Below, piece after piece: positions 41,790-60,959 of a stretch of 64,000 nt of DNA; the stretch's first letter is position 1, and each line of letters opens with the position of its first letter. The position numbers and the translations under genes are program-made. This DNA is from the human T2T-CHM13v2.0 reference genome, Homo sapiens. The stretch lies in NCBI RefSeq assembly GCF_009914755.1, contig NC_060938.1. One strand, 5' to 3'. The notes below the pieces were generated by a model. That model made no database searches. It saw only the letters and a program-made list of their open reading frames with translations, and was not told where the DNA came from.

Positions 41790-42662
41790 ACCAAAAATGA
41801 GCAAAAATACTGTGCATTAAAATGAGTTTGGTGAATGCTTCCCCTCAAATTAACCCAGATGAAAAAGGAGAAAAACTCTTAAATAGTAGGAAAATTATAA
41901 TCCATCTTATTGTCACCAACCCCACTGATCCTCTGAATTTGGGCCTGGAGACCTTTGGAGACCAGGGTAGCCTTTCACTTCACTGAAGTAAAAAAAACAC
42001 TTGATATTTAAGCTCTGAATATATTTAATCTAGATTTTAATTATAAACATCACTTAACATTTTTAAATGTAGTTGGTTTTATGAAAAATTAAAGATCAAT
42101 TGTAAAAAATAATATTCTCGGGAACATAATTATTTATTACTAGAAACTAAAAGTTATATCCCTGTATATACACAATATTTTCTTTTCAGATTTGATTTCA
42201 AGTTTAAAAAAAACAAAATCTTAAAACTAATTTGAGTACAAATCACATTCATACAATGGGGTACTGTAGTAATTACATACAAAACTTTCCTAGAATTAAA
42301 TTATTAGCCCTTCAATATTTGCATGAAAAGTGACAAAATCCTTACTAAACTGGAAGCATTCATTTACAACCTAAACTTTTAAAACAGGTAGACTATTAAG
42401 CAATATTAAAATTTTTAGATCATTAATCTCTTTAAGAATCTGATGAATGCTGTAGAAATTTTCCCCAGAAAAATGCACATATTGAAGCCTAAGGACTGAA
42501 TAATCGTGTAATTCATTCAACATATCCTAATTGAATGCCTACTGTGTCCCAGGGATCCAGAAGTAAAAAGATGCATAAGGTCTTTTTCCTCATGAAGCTT
42601 ACGTCATAGGGATAATGACAGAAAATGTAAAAAGTAAATAATACATAATTATAGACTGTGAT

Positions 42663-43021
42663 TGATATGCTTTGCCTTTGTGTCCCCACCCAAATCTCAC
42701 CTTGAATTGTAATAATCCCCACAAGCAAGGGCAAGACTAGGTAGAGATACTTGAATCATGGGGGCAATTCCCCCATGCTCTTCTCGTGATAGTGAGTGAG
42801 ATCTCATGAGATCTGATGGTTTTATAAGGGGCTTCCCACTTCGCTCGCCACTCACTCTTACTGCATCCTACCGCCCTGTGAAGAGGTGCCTTCTGCCATG
42901 ATTTTAAGTTTCCTCAGGCCTCCCCAGCCATGCAGAACTGTGGGTCAATTAAACCTCTTTCCTTTATAAATTACTCAGTCTTGGGCAGTTCTTTATAGCA
43001 GCATGAGAATGGACTAATACA
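42663..43021 (+). mobile_element. THE1 (B/C-like) MaLR solo LTR
   Basis: tgatatgctttgcctttgtgtccccacccaaatctcaccttgaattgtaataatcccc...ggactaataca. Confidence 0.9.
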
Positions 43022-43057
43022 GTGGTAGATTTCACTGATAGATACAATAGATTTCAG

Positions 43058-43090
43058 TTATCCTTTGTCCTAATTTAGGACAAAGGATAA
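43058..43090. repeat. Perfect 16-bp-arm palindrome
   Basis: ttatcctttgtcctaa-t-ttaggacaaaggataa. Confidence 0.95.
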
Positions 43091-43660
43091 ACCTCAACTC
43101 TGAGGAATTTTTTAAAAAATCCTTATATAGTAAGCATTTTGTCACTTTTCATGCAAATATTGAGGGGCTAATAATTTATTTCTATTGTGAGAATTTTTTT
43201 TTTAAAAAAAGAGAATCCATTTTATATCTCCTAAGAAAATGTCATCATACAAAAAATAAAATATTTAAAATTTATTTAATTTTTAGAAAACAGGAAAAAA
43301 ATCTTAAAAAACAAAAATATTATCATATCCTGTTGCTTGCTGTACCAGAGAATGAGCTTTCTAGACATCCAAGGAGAATGCAACAAAACTAAAAATGATG
43401 AAAGGAAAAAAAAAATACTCTCTTAGGGGCTCTGGAGCAATGAAAGAATCTGGTTTTCATATTTATAGGCAAGAAAGCTTTCACAATCACTAAGGGTTTT
43501 TAGCATGCACAGTCAGTACAACAGTTATCAAAGTATATTTTATTCTGCTCATAGACTGCTGCTGTCAGATGTAGAATCCCATATTTGGGAGAGAAAGGAA
43601 GCAAGGGAAGGGCAAATTAGGAAAAGCCAGCTAGTTGAGATTTAAGAATTAACATTTCTA

Positions 43661-44478
43661 GCCTGGCACAGTGGCTCACCTCCAATACCAGCACTTTGGG
43701 TGGCTGAGGTGGGAGGACTGCTTCAGCCCAGGAGTTCAAGACCAGTCTAGGCAACATAGTGAGGCCCCATCTCTATAAAAATAGAAAAATTAGCCAGACA
43801 TGGTGGTACATGCCTGTAGTCTCAGCTACTTGGGAGGTTGAGGCAGGAGGATGGATTAAGCCCAGGAGGTAGAGGCTGTAGTGAGCAGTGATCATGCCAT
43901 TGCACCCCAGCCTGCATGAGAAAGCAAGACCCTATCTCTAAATAAACAAATAAACACATTTATTTCCTTAAACACTTTTATTTTTTAAAAAGTTTATTTT
44001 TCTTTGAATTTTCCCTCCTGTGTGTCTCACAAGGAAGGCTTGCTTCCTTATAAAGAGATCTGGTGGGCTTAAAATGAAGAGCTTTCTAAAAGTCCTTCAA
44101 AATTAGCATGTTAAAATTTTTATTGTGCTATGTATAACTTATTATAACCACAACCAGAATTCAAGTGTAAAAGTTTTTTCTTTTTTCTTTGAGATGGAGT
44201 CTCACTTTGTCACCCAGACTGGAGTGCAGTGGTGTGATCTCAGCTCACTGCAATCTCCACCTCCTGGGTTAAAGCAATCCTCCCATCTCAGCTTCCCGAG
44301 TAGCTGAGACTACAGACATGTGCCACCATGCTCAGCTAATGTTTTTGTCTTTTTTTTTTTAGTAGAGACTGGGTTCACCATGTTAGCCAGGCTGGTCTCA
44401 AACTCTTGACCTCAAGTGATCTGCCCGCCTCAGCCTCCCAAAGTGTTGGATTACAGGCGTGAGCCACCGCGACTGGCC
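43661..44478. mobile_element. AluJ (+, 43661-43950) and Alu (-, 44173-44478)
   Basis: Alu motifs; TSD aagttttttctttt. Confidence 0.9.
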
Positions 44479-44856
44479 AAGTTTTTTCTTTTTAACTTAC
44501 ATATATATTTCAAAAGGAATGGAAGAACTTGATCAAATAACGAGAAAATACCCAGCACAGTAATATCTACTAATTACTTTTTCTCAAACTGCTACCTCTT
44601 CCCTTTCTTAAAAAACCTTATCAAACAACAAAAACCCTCTTCAGAAAATCTAATGCAGCTATAAAGTAAAATGTTAAAAACTGATCCTTACTGATGTCCA
44701 GATTAAACATTTTACTGGCCGGCTGGGATTACAGGCATGAACCACCACACTTGGCCACGTTAGGTTTTAAATCTAGAATAAACATTCCTTGTTAACGAGA
44801 ACAAAATTGTTTACCAATAAGAAATCTTTGTCATATAAAATTGTGTGATCATATCT

Positions 44857-44891
44857 TTCTCCACTCCCACTGCTTCACTTGAGTAGCCTTT
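44857..44891 (+). pseudogene. 5'-truncated Y3 RNA (RNY3) retrocopy
   Basis: ttctccactcccactgcttcacttgagtagccttt matches the hY3 3' end; degenerate TSD aaaatt(g/t)t(t)gtgat(c/t)atat. Confidence 0.9.
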
Positions 44892-45616
44892 AAAAATTTT
44901 TGTGATTATATATTTTAAAAAACCACTTTAGTATTTACTTATCTTTATTGAATGCTCTGTTAAAATTTGCCTTTAAGGGAATGAATGACAGGGAGGGTGA
45001 GGGAAATTTTGCTTTTAAATTCTATTCATTCCACTGAATTCATTTTTATGTTGTCCCTGAAATATATATTTAATAAACACTACTTGTAAAGAAAGCTACA
45101 AAATAAAATAAAAATAATTGTGTCAATCTTGAAGTGGCATTGTTTTATATTAGGTCATATAATTAGTTTCTGGCAGACCTGGTTTTTGCAGTTCACACAT
45201 CATGGCATTTTAAAATTACAAAATAAAATGTCCATATGTTTTATTCTGCTTGAAAAAGTACCTGTTCCTAGTTTTATGATTAATCCTTGACATTCATGGA
45301 AAAGCAGTAAATTACCTACAATACTATTAGTCACATTTTACTGAAACAATTTTGTGCATAAGCTTTTTAAAAGAAATATGAAACTTTTTACTAAAAGTAC
45401 AATGTTAGAAATAATCATAAATGGAACCAAAGCCAGTTTGTACCTCAAAGAACTTCTTCAATGTCTTCTATTGCCAAAACAGCACTTTGATTTTGGACAA
45501 AACGCTTCAGAGGAAATATGTGCTAGAATGAAAATCCAAGACATATTTTTAAAATCTCTACCAGATAAAACAGAAACAATTGCTCGGAAGGCAAACAAAA
45601 CAAAGCAAAACCTTCT

Positions 45617-47504
45617 TTAATCTTCAATTTGGCTTTTATTTTAAAATACATTTAGCATAGAACTGTCATAGGACAGAAAATAATAAAACACAAATGGAAC
45701 ATTTTCAAATACCTTTTAAGCTAGACATAAAAATCAACAGGATAGCATAGGCCCAAATTATGGGAAACGGTCCCTAAAATTCAATTCATTAAACATACAT
45801 TTTGAAAGTAAAGCTCTTTTCACATTTTCCAACGTACCAATATTTTCCTACATGCCTTGGTTTCCTTTTAACTAATAAGTAAAGGGTAAATTTAGTTGCT
45901 TTACTTAAAATTACCAGCTTCAGTTTTGGTAAAAATTACCATGCCCCTAAATTCTCAATCAGAATTATAAAAATATGAGCTCAAATAGTTATGGTGCCCA
46001 AAATAGAAACATCTGAAGTGATAGTTCTGGATAATCATACAGATATTGCACTAAAATCAGTAATTTCATACCTGGTATTTATTTATATGGAAAGTTAATC
46101 TCTTCTTTATGAAAAACTTTCTACAAATACACTTACTATTAACGTAAGTACAACCACACTTCAAAATATAAAGGTAGACAGAAAAAAGAATAGTTTAATA
46201 CTATACGCAAATTTTCCACTGTGAAAATAATAGAAAGTTGAAAAAATAATAGGATCTAAAATACTGATACTAATTTTAGGTTTTATAATTTACCTTAAAT
46301 AGCCAATAAATGGGTATTAAAAGTTAACGGTGCTAAATCCAATCCTTTCCAAATTATTTAGAAAAATGCTTTGTTTACATATGAAGTATGTGCATTGTCC
46401 CATCTATAAATTTCAACGTTTCCATTCACTGGAAATACCTACCTGCAGTATAAACAATCAAGACAATGTACAAAAAATATGTCCTGCTCCTATAACTTAC
46501 AATGCACAGAAAAATATCTACAAAAAGGGAAGTATTTATCCATTTAGCTTTCTAATAAATTGGTGAGAAAGTTTAGCCCATTCCACATTTCTTTCTAAAT
46601 AAAGGCTAAAGAGTTAAGGGTAATTTACTTTTATGCCTGTCACCCTGACATACATTTTTTAAAATATTTGCTTGATTATATGTAACTTAAGATAAAGTTA
46701 ATGTCTTATTTTTACATCACAGTACACATAGCATTTCTTAATTTAGCAACGGAAAGGCACAATTAGCAAGCAATAAAATTCAGTACCTGAATTATTAAAC
46801 TGACATCCAGAATAGCTGCAAATAAAGTTCATTCAAAACAGTATACAGAACTTAAAAAAAAATCCAAAAACTAATTTTTCTAAAAATTTGGTCCATTAAA
46901 AATGCCTCCCATGTTCAACATCATGGATAACATGAAAGGTAATGGCAGTGTAAAAACAGGCAGTAAATCAATGTATAGTAGCATATGCATTCTGGTCTAG
47001 TAATTACGCAATTCAATTAGGAAATGGCTCCCATAGTAAATAAATGTTAAATATATCTGTTAATAACAACATACCTGTATGTAGTTCAAATACACAGGCA
47101 CAACTGTTTGCATATTATTATTGATTTTATAATACACTCCCATAGTTTAAAAAAACACTTAGGTATATTATTTTATATATAATATATATCAGATATATAA
47201 TTGCATATTATGTACCTTATATATATTATATATAAGTTGAATCCATAATACAAAACTCTCCAAACATTACATGAACATTCTAAATGGATACTTATCATTT
47301 TCTCAGTAACGAAATAGCTCAGCTCACCTAAAACAGTATCTGGATGTGCAATGATAAAATGCACTGACTCTTATGAATTTACTTAAATAATTATTTAAGT
47401 TAAATTCCTGCAAAAGCCTAATTCTGACCTGGCTTTACCTGGAATATATTTTTGGGTATCAGTAACTGATACCCTCCTTTCTTATCATAAACAATACTTC
47501 TCCA
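45617..47504 (-). other. SGPP1: SGPP1 3'UTR
   Basis: Repeat-free AT-rich 1.9 kb between the stop codon and the poly(A) signal. Confidence 0.85.
45635..45640 (-). terminator. SGPP1: SGPP1 polyadenylation signal AATAAA
   Basis: Plus tttatt; followed on the minus strand ~25 nt later by the GU/U-rich tract ggttttgctttgttttgtttg. Confidence 0.8.
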
Positions 47505-48056
47505 TCAAGAGATACCAATAAAGAAAAATATGTAAGGAACAAAAAATGTGATGGAGAAACCAACCATTCCATAGGTAATATACCGATAAGGAAGTTCAAC
47601 TTCCATGTGCTGTCTTGCTTTTCGAATATCATCACACGGTATATTGAAGATTTTGCAGGCTAAAGGAATGGTGATCTTTTTCATTACATCTCTGATTATT
47701 AGTACAAATACCATCCCTATGAGGATCCGCAATATGGCTTTTCCAAACAGAGTCACAGTAATGGGGGGCCCAGCTAAAGGTAATGTATCTAGAGAAGGAT
47801 CTAATACTAGACCCATGTTATAAGTAACATGAGATCCACATGCAATTCCAGCACCACTTCCTAGTATCTCGGCTGTGTCTCCTCGGGATGTGCTCCAGGT
47901 GTCAAGAGTGAAAGAAAAGATCCCCAAAGCTAAATGAAGCCCGATGATGATGAATGGAGCATATTTGTGAGTTTGGTTGAAGTTGTCAATCAGGTCCACA
48001 AATGGATAGAAGACAGCTAAGATTAAAATGGTATATAGGAATCCAGCAATAATATC
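47505..48056 (-). CDS. SGPP1: Sphingosine-1-phosphate phosphatase 1, terminal coding exon (183 aa + stop)
   Basis: Acceptor ttttcctag|GAT; translates [35 protein letters not shown]...[31 protein letters not shown]; multiple TM helices; recognised as the SGPP1 C-terminus. Confidence 0.97.
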
Positions 48057-48558
48057 CTAGGAAAAGATAAAAGTATCGTTGTTTAGTATAATACTGAATA
48101 TTTTTGGCATTTAAAAAATAATTTATATTTGACATTTCAAATGTTGAATATACATAAATTTTTTAAAGTTGTCAAATTCTCAAAGTAAACTTTATTAACT
48201 GACCATATAAGAGGCACTAAAAGCTGTATTAATAATAAAAGGATTTATATTTTCATAATTCTACCCTTTTATAAATTAACTACATATATAATATCCACAA
48301 ATTTACATTCAAATTCTGAACAACAAATTATGCTAAAATTGTGTAGTTTTGATTTCTGGGGAAAAGTACACTTATTATTCAAAGAAATGGTTTTCATTTT
48401 CATATGTTTATGTATGTAATTATCTCCATGACCACACAGGATATACATCCTAGGTAATTTTCTTTTCTCATTCATTCATTCATTGAACAAATATTTATGA
48501 GTGCCAACCCCTATTTTAGGGGTTGAGGATACATTGCTTTAAAAAATGACAAGAATGT

Positions 48559-49829
<1,271 letters not shown>

Positions 49830-50049
49830 CTAGTTTTAGGTAGGAGCAATTGTGTAGACTTGATAGAAGATGGTTTACTTGAGGAAACAAAGCTATTAAA
49901 TAACTTTCTGAATCATTCCTGACAACATACAAAAATGTTCCGTATTTCTACCTTACAACAAAACAAAACCCTATGATCTACTATTACTGAAAAACTTATC
50001 AATGTTTATATTCACTGTCTCCACTTCCTCACCTCTGATTTTTCTCTAA

Positions 50050-50422
<373 letters not shown>

Positions 50423-50545
50423 AGGTCATTTCTTAACAATATTCAATACAGTTAAGCAACAGACTAGTTGCTTGATGTTTCTGTCTTAAAATTTTTTATT
50501 ATATAGGATTTGATACATAGCAAAATACATGTACAGTATATATGA

Positions 50546-52416
<1,871 letters not shown>

Positions 52417-52598
52417 ATGAAAAACATTTTAAAAATTTTATTTAGATATAAAACATAGTTTGGCTGATAGTCTCCTATTGTACAATAGTAAGTAAATAAA
52501 GTTGCTTAAAATTATAATTGTATTCTCTTTATTTAAATAAGTGATTCCTTTTATAACAGGTCAAGGAAAGATATTACACAATCAATTAACAAAATGTT

Positions 52599-52633
52599 TA
52601 CGCTCGATCTTAGCCAAAAGGCTGAGAGGTGAT
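52599..52633 (-). pseudogene. 3'-truncated U2 snRNA pseudogene (U2 nt 1-35)
   Basis: Minus strand atcacctctcagccttttggctaagatcgagcgta, compared with U2 ATCGCTTCTCGGCCTTTTGGCTAAGATCAAGTGTA; perfect 20-bp direct repeat atcaattaacaaaatgttta at 52581-52600 and 52632-52651. Confidence 0.93.
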
Positions 52634-52999
52634 CAATTAACAAAATGTTTAGGAAAGTGTCAACTAAGGCAATAAATATCATGTGTGCATTCCAACTCTT
52701 AGAAGGACATATAAAGCATTTCATAACTGAGTTTTGTCTATCATTAAGTTTCATTTAATGCCAGATCCCAAAATGAATTTATAGACTATTTCTTCTTGTC
52801 TTAGAATTATCTTTCCTACCTATATTTCAGGCAAACTATTATATATTCTTTGAGATTCTCCTCAGGCATCTACCTCCTCCATAAACTTTCTTCTCCTACC
52901 CTGTAATAAGAAATTTTCTCTTCTTTGATTCCACTGCATCCTCCACATACCTGCTATGACTGTTTTCCATTCTTTGCTTGTCTGTTTCTCCAGGAAACC

Positions 53000-53172
53000 A
53001 AAAGTTCATAACCCTTGCTGTAGATTAAAATCAAGTGGAGAACTTGATAAAAATACTGATGCCTGGGACAATATTCAGAGATTATGATTGAACTGAAGTG
53101 GGGGTAGGGCATCAGTATTTTTTAAAAATCTCCCCAGTGATTCTGATGTACACCCTGGTTGAAAACAATTGC
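53000..53172. mobile_element. MER5-type hAT fragment
   Basis: aaaatactgatgcctggg...gggcatcagtattttttaaaaatctccccagtgattctgatg. Confidence 0.65.
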
Positions 53173-53856
53173 ATTACACTGTTTTATTACATACTGCATA
53201 TTTAGACAATGACTACTCAAAGGCAAAGACTTTACCTTATTTATACATATATTTTCAGTGCATGAAAAATAAGTAAGCAGGAAATAAATGTTTGGTTAGT
53301 TAAATTAAGACAGTTAAGGTAATTCTTTAAAAATAAAAATAAAAAACAAAAAGAGAAAGAAAAAAAAAGAAGAAAGGAAGAAAGAAAAAGAGTTAAGGTA
53401 TTCTTTAGACTCATCACATTGACTACATAATCCTGCCTGACAAGAGCTCTATAAGAGAAGCAGATGATATATAATTTATTGAACCAGGCCTAAGACATTT
53501 TTGGAGAATAATAACTTTCCGTACTAAAAACACTGCTTCAATACTTTACAATTATTGTCACATTTAACCATAACAACCAATATGAAACAGCTTGCCTCGA
53601 AAAGTCCCATTTTGCTCTTGTCCCCAGGACAGGTATTAAAAGCACCTTTTTCCCTTTCAAAAGTGTGCAAATTTGATGGAAATTTATGGTTACCTTAATC
53701 AACCAGTTTTTAAATAATGAAAACTGGAGTAAGGTCACACAGCTGCTTATTTAACCTCTTACATTGAAGGTACTTGACACAGTTGTTATAAAAATTAACA
53801 TTTTGAGAATCAGAAATTAAATATTGGGAGTGAAGAGAAACTAAATGTTCAACTTC

Positions 53857-55720
<1,864 letters not shown>

Positions 55721-56395
55721 TTAAATTGTTATGTTTGATCTCTTTAACATTAAGAATTCTTTAAAATAATAACTTCTCATGTATCAATTGACATAAAAAA
55801 TCCATTATTTGTTGTCCTCTACTTTTTGTGTATAGCTCCACGAGTATTAAACTTAGATTGTTCCACACCTTGTCTGACCAGGAAAAAAAAACAAAACAAA
55901 ACTTAGATTGCTACGAAACTAGACAAATCTGCTTCCTTTTCTGTTTGAGTTTTAAATTGTTTATATTTCCCTAGATAGGGTATATTGAACTCCTATCCAA
56001 TAGAATCAGAAAAAGAAACATTCAAATTTACGACATAACCATGTTGGCTATCATTTTGATATCAATATAATGGATAACATTAAAATGTATAACTAAGTGG
56101 TTTTAAGTGTTAGAGCACAAAGTATGCAATAAAGAACATTAATGTTAAAGGTAACAAAGAGCTCAAAGTAGCAAATTTTCTAAAAGGAAATTTAGCAAAT
56201 AATTTTAGCTATTTATTATTATAAATAACTCTTATACCCCAAAATTTGTTAATTACACATCTAAATGGAATACTCCAGGTTATCGTCAATTTATGGTAGA
56301 TGATATTAAATACCATACATTTAATGAAGATTTATTAGGTATTAAATTTGAAAATTTTTTTCATTTATACTGATCAAACCTAGAGAGGCTAGTGA

Positions 56396-56757
<362 letters not shown>

Positions 56758-57031
56758 TTTTGTTTTTATTTTAACTATAATATATTTCAGGTGCCCTGGA
56801 TCCAGTTTAAATATGACAATGACAACAGTTTCTGACAACAAAATGTATTGTTATAATGCATTGTTTTTGATTATAAAAGCTATGATTAGGGATGACTTTT
56901 GAAGTATCTATCTTCTTTCATTAAAATACACATTTAATACATGCTCACTACACAAAAAGTAAAAATTATAGATAAACAATAACAAACAGTTTTTAACCTA
57001 ACAATAACCATTGTTAAAACTCTTAGTGTTA

Positions 57032-58400
<1,369 letters not shown>

Positions 58401-58409
58401 AGTGTTTGG

Positions 58410-58596
58410 TAGGGACTTCAAAAGGAGAGAGGGAGAGCGGGGGGAGGAAAGGGCTGCAAAACTTCCTGTTGGGTACTATGTTCACCATCTGGGTCACAGG
58501 ATCAATAGACGTCCAAATCTTGGCATCACACACTATACCTTTGCAAACAAATCTGCTTATGTACCCCTTGAATCTAAAATTAAAATTTAAAAAAAC
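58410..58596 (+). mobile_element. L1PB/old L1PA 3' terminal fragment
   Basis: ttgggtactatgttcaccatctggg...aaacaaatctgcttatgtaccccttgaatctaaaat. Confidence 0.8.
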
Positions 58597-59970
58597 CTAG
58601 AAACAATGACCAACCCCAAAATTACAGCACACACTGCCTCCCAACAAAATAAAATAGTGTTTGGGACTTCTGGAAATTTATCTGTGAAGGAGCAGGTGCT
58701 GGAAGCAAGAAATTTGAGATAGAAACCAACATTTCTATAACTAAGAAATAAGAGAATGAAATAATATGAGAAAAAAAATTCTAAAAATGGTAACATGTTA
58801 AGGACAAGAAAAAAACTGACATGACCCATTAGAAACTAGAATTCCATGAATTCTTCCACCTTTTTTTGTGATCCTTTATCTCCATGATAATACATAATTC
58901 ATTCATAGATGCCTCATGAGACACCATGTTGGATACTAAAGGTAGAGTTAAAACACACAGTTGCTGTTCTCAAGGAACTTGGAGTCTAGTATACTTGACA
59001 GATAAGGAAAAAAGCAATTGCAATTTAGGATAAGTGGGGAAGGGTCACCTCACAAGTCTTGAGAAAGAGAAGATGGGGAAGGTAATAAGGCTTTGAGGGG
59101 TTAAGAATATCTATAGTGAGTCTTGAAGAATGAATGGGATAGTTAAGGTAAAGAAAGTGAAAGGGGCATTCCAAGTAAATGTTACAGCATTTGTAAAGTT
59201 ATGGAGGTAAGAAACCCTTTGCATTGGAGGAAACCTAATAATTCAGTATAGCATCGTATTTGTGTTTTGGAAAGTCTACGAAACAGCTGAATGCTAGTGG
59301 AGCAGTGTCAAACTGGAAGTTGGCTACTAATTAAGATGCTATCACAGTAATCTGGTCAAGATATGTTGCAGGCCAGAGCTAAGGGGGTGTCAATAGGGAT
59401 AGCGAGGAGGGAAAGTGAATGGGTGTGGCTGCAAATAGTACAGGGTCCCTGTGCTGCTGCTTTGGGAACCGAATTGCATTCTCAAAACACAATGTCCACT
59501 GTGAGTCCTAACATACTGATGGGAAAGAAAAGAAAAGTAGAGTTTAATATGTAAACACAAATGGCCCCTGGAAAGTTTAAGTTCACATAGTTTCTAGTCA
59601 CTAGTTCTTCAACAATACTTAGGAGCTCTCCTTGGTTTCTGTAGCCACATTGCTGGTTTTGACTCAGTGATAAGAGAGACACAGAAAAGACTGCAAAGGA
59701 AAATAAAAGGGAGACTGGAAGGAGGAAGAAATGTTATCTTGATTATAATACCTGGCTATTGTGATTGCTGGAAACTGTTTCTATGAAATATGTGACTACT
59801 ACATTAATATTTCATAAACCATCATGTTGATATTTTCGCAAAACAAAGTTAGACGACTTACAATATTTTCTCATTTAGGCTTCAGGTAAGTTTGCAAATG
59901 ATTAAAAATTATAAAATTTCCTGTCAATGTCATAAAAAATAAAGTATTAAGAAGACAACATTTTCCTTAC

Positions 59971-60060
59971 CAGAATAGAGTGCATTCCCATGTAAATTCT
60001 ACTTAGGCAAACTAGAGAACACCAGCAGGGAATAAGAATCAGTCCATATATAAGAGGGTA
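59971..60060 (-). CDS. SGPP1: SGPP1 internal coding exon (30 codons) carrying the PAP2 C3 motif
   Basis: Acceptor cccctttag|TAC and donor CTG|gtaagg; translates [30 protein letters not shown] and joins in frame to D of the next exon, giving SRxxxxxHxxxD. Confidence 0.96.
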
Positions 60061-60959
60061 CTAAAGGGGAAAAAAAGTAAAATTAGTTAAACAAATTTAA
60101 GTTAGATATAAACAAACAAATAAAAGACAAATCAAATCACTATTCTATAAAGTCCACTAAAACAAGAAATTTGTTTTTACTCCCCATTGTATTTCCAGCA
60201 CCTAACCCTGAGTATGGCACATGGCAGACATTCAAGAAATACTTTTCCACAAATGAACAAATGAATGAAATCTCATGTGTCTAAATTCTTTATTGTGGGA
60301 ACTGGCTCACTTCTGCTTCTACAATGAAGATTCAATCACTGGCATGGTATAGGAGGAGGAGGACAGGTAAGAGACATACTTTTAATATGGCCACCAAAAT
60401 GAAAGGGCCTCTGGAATAGTACCTGAATCTGGTCCATGTAAATGTCTTCAGTTGTCTGGGGAGGAGGATTGGCATTATCTCCCTCTCACTTCATCAGTGA
60501 CTGCTATCTCCAATTTATATTGCTATTCCCCTACCTTGCATTCAGTATTCAACACTTTGTACTTAGTTTTTCACTTCCACCCCATTGACTAAAATTTCAA
60601 ATGGTCCCCTTACTGAGAAAAATTTCCGTGGAATACTAGGAGCACAAATCATAAAAGGGAAAAAGCATAAACAGAAAGTGCAGACAATTCTTGGTATCAA
60701 TGGCACTAGTGGAAAAGTTGGCTGTGAATGTCCTGAGATTGGAGGGAAAGAGGAAAGGATGGATGGGCATGGTGGTAAGTTTGTAAAGGGAAGAAGGGAG
60801 GGCACATTTGGGGCTGTTTATGCCTGATGACTTCAAATTTCTCAATGAAATTGAAGCCAATGTGGTTAGGGAAGTTGGGTTGAAATAAAGGAGCAAGGGA
60901 CTTAAGTAAGCTTGTAAGAAGAGTAGAAAATATTTAGTACGAAATTGTTGGTTTTTGGT

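Larger units (their letters stand above)
42291..43184. repeat. 57-bp inverted repeat of unique sequence (arms 42291-42347 and 43128-43184, 54/57 identical)
   Basis: Direct reverse-complement comparison. Confidence 0.95.

Noticed and set aside
47605-47823. Antisense ORF over the SGPP1 exon
   Set aside because: Shadow ORF of the true minus-strand coding exon.
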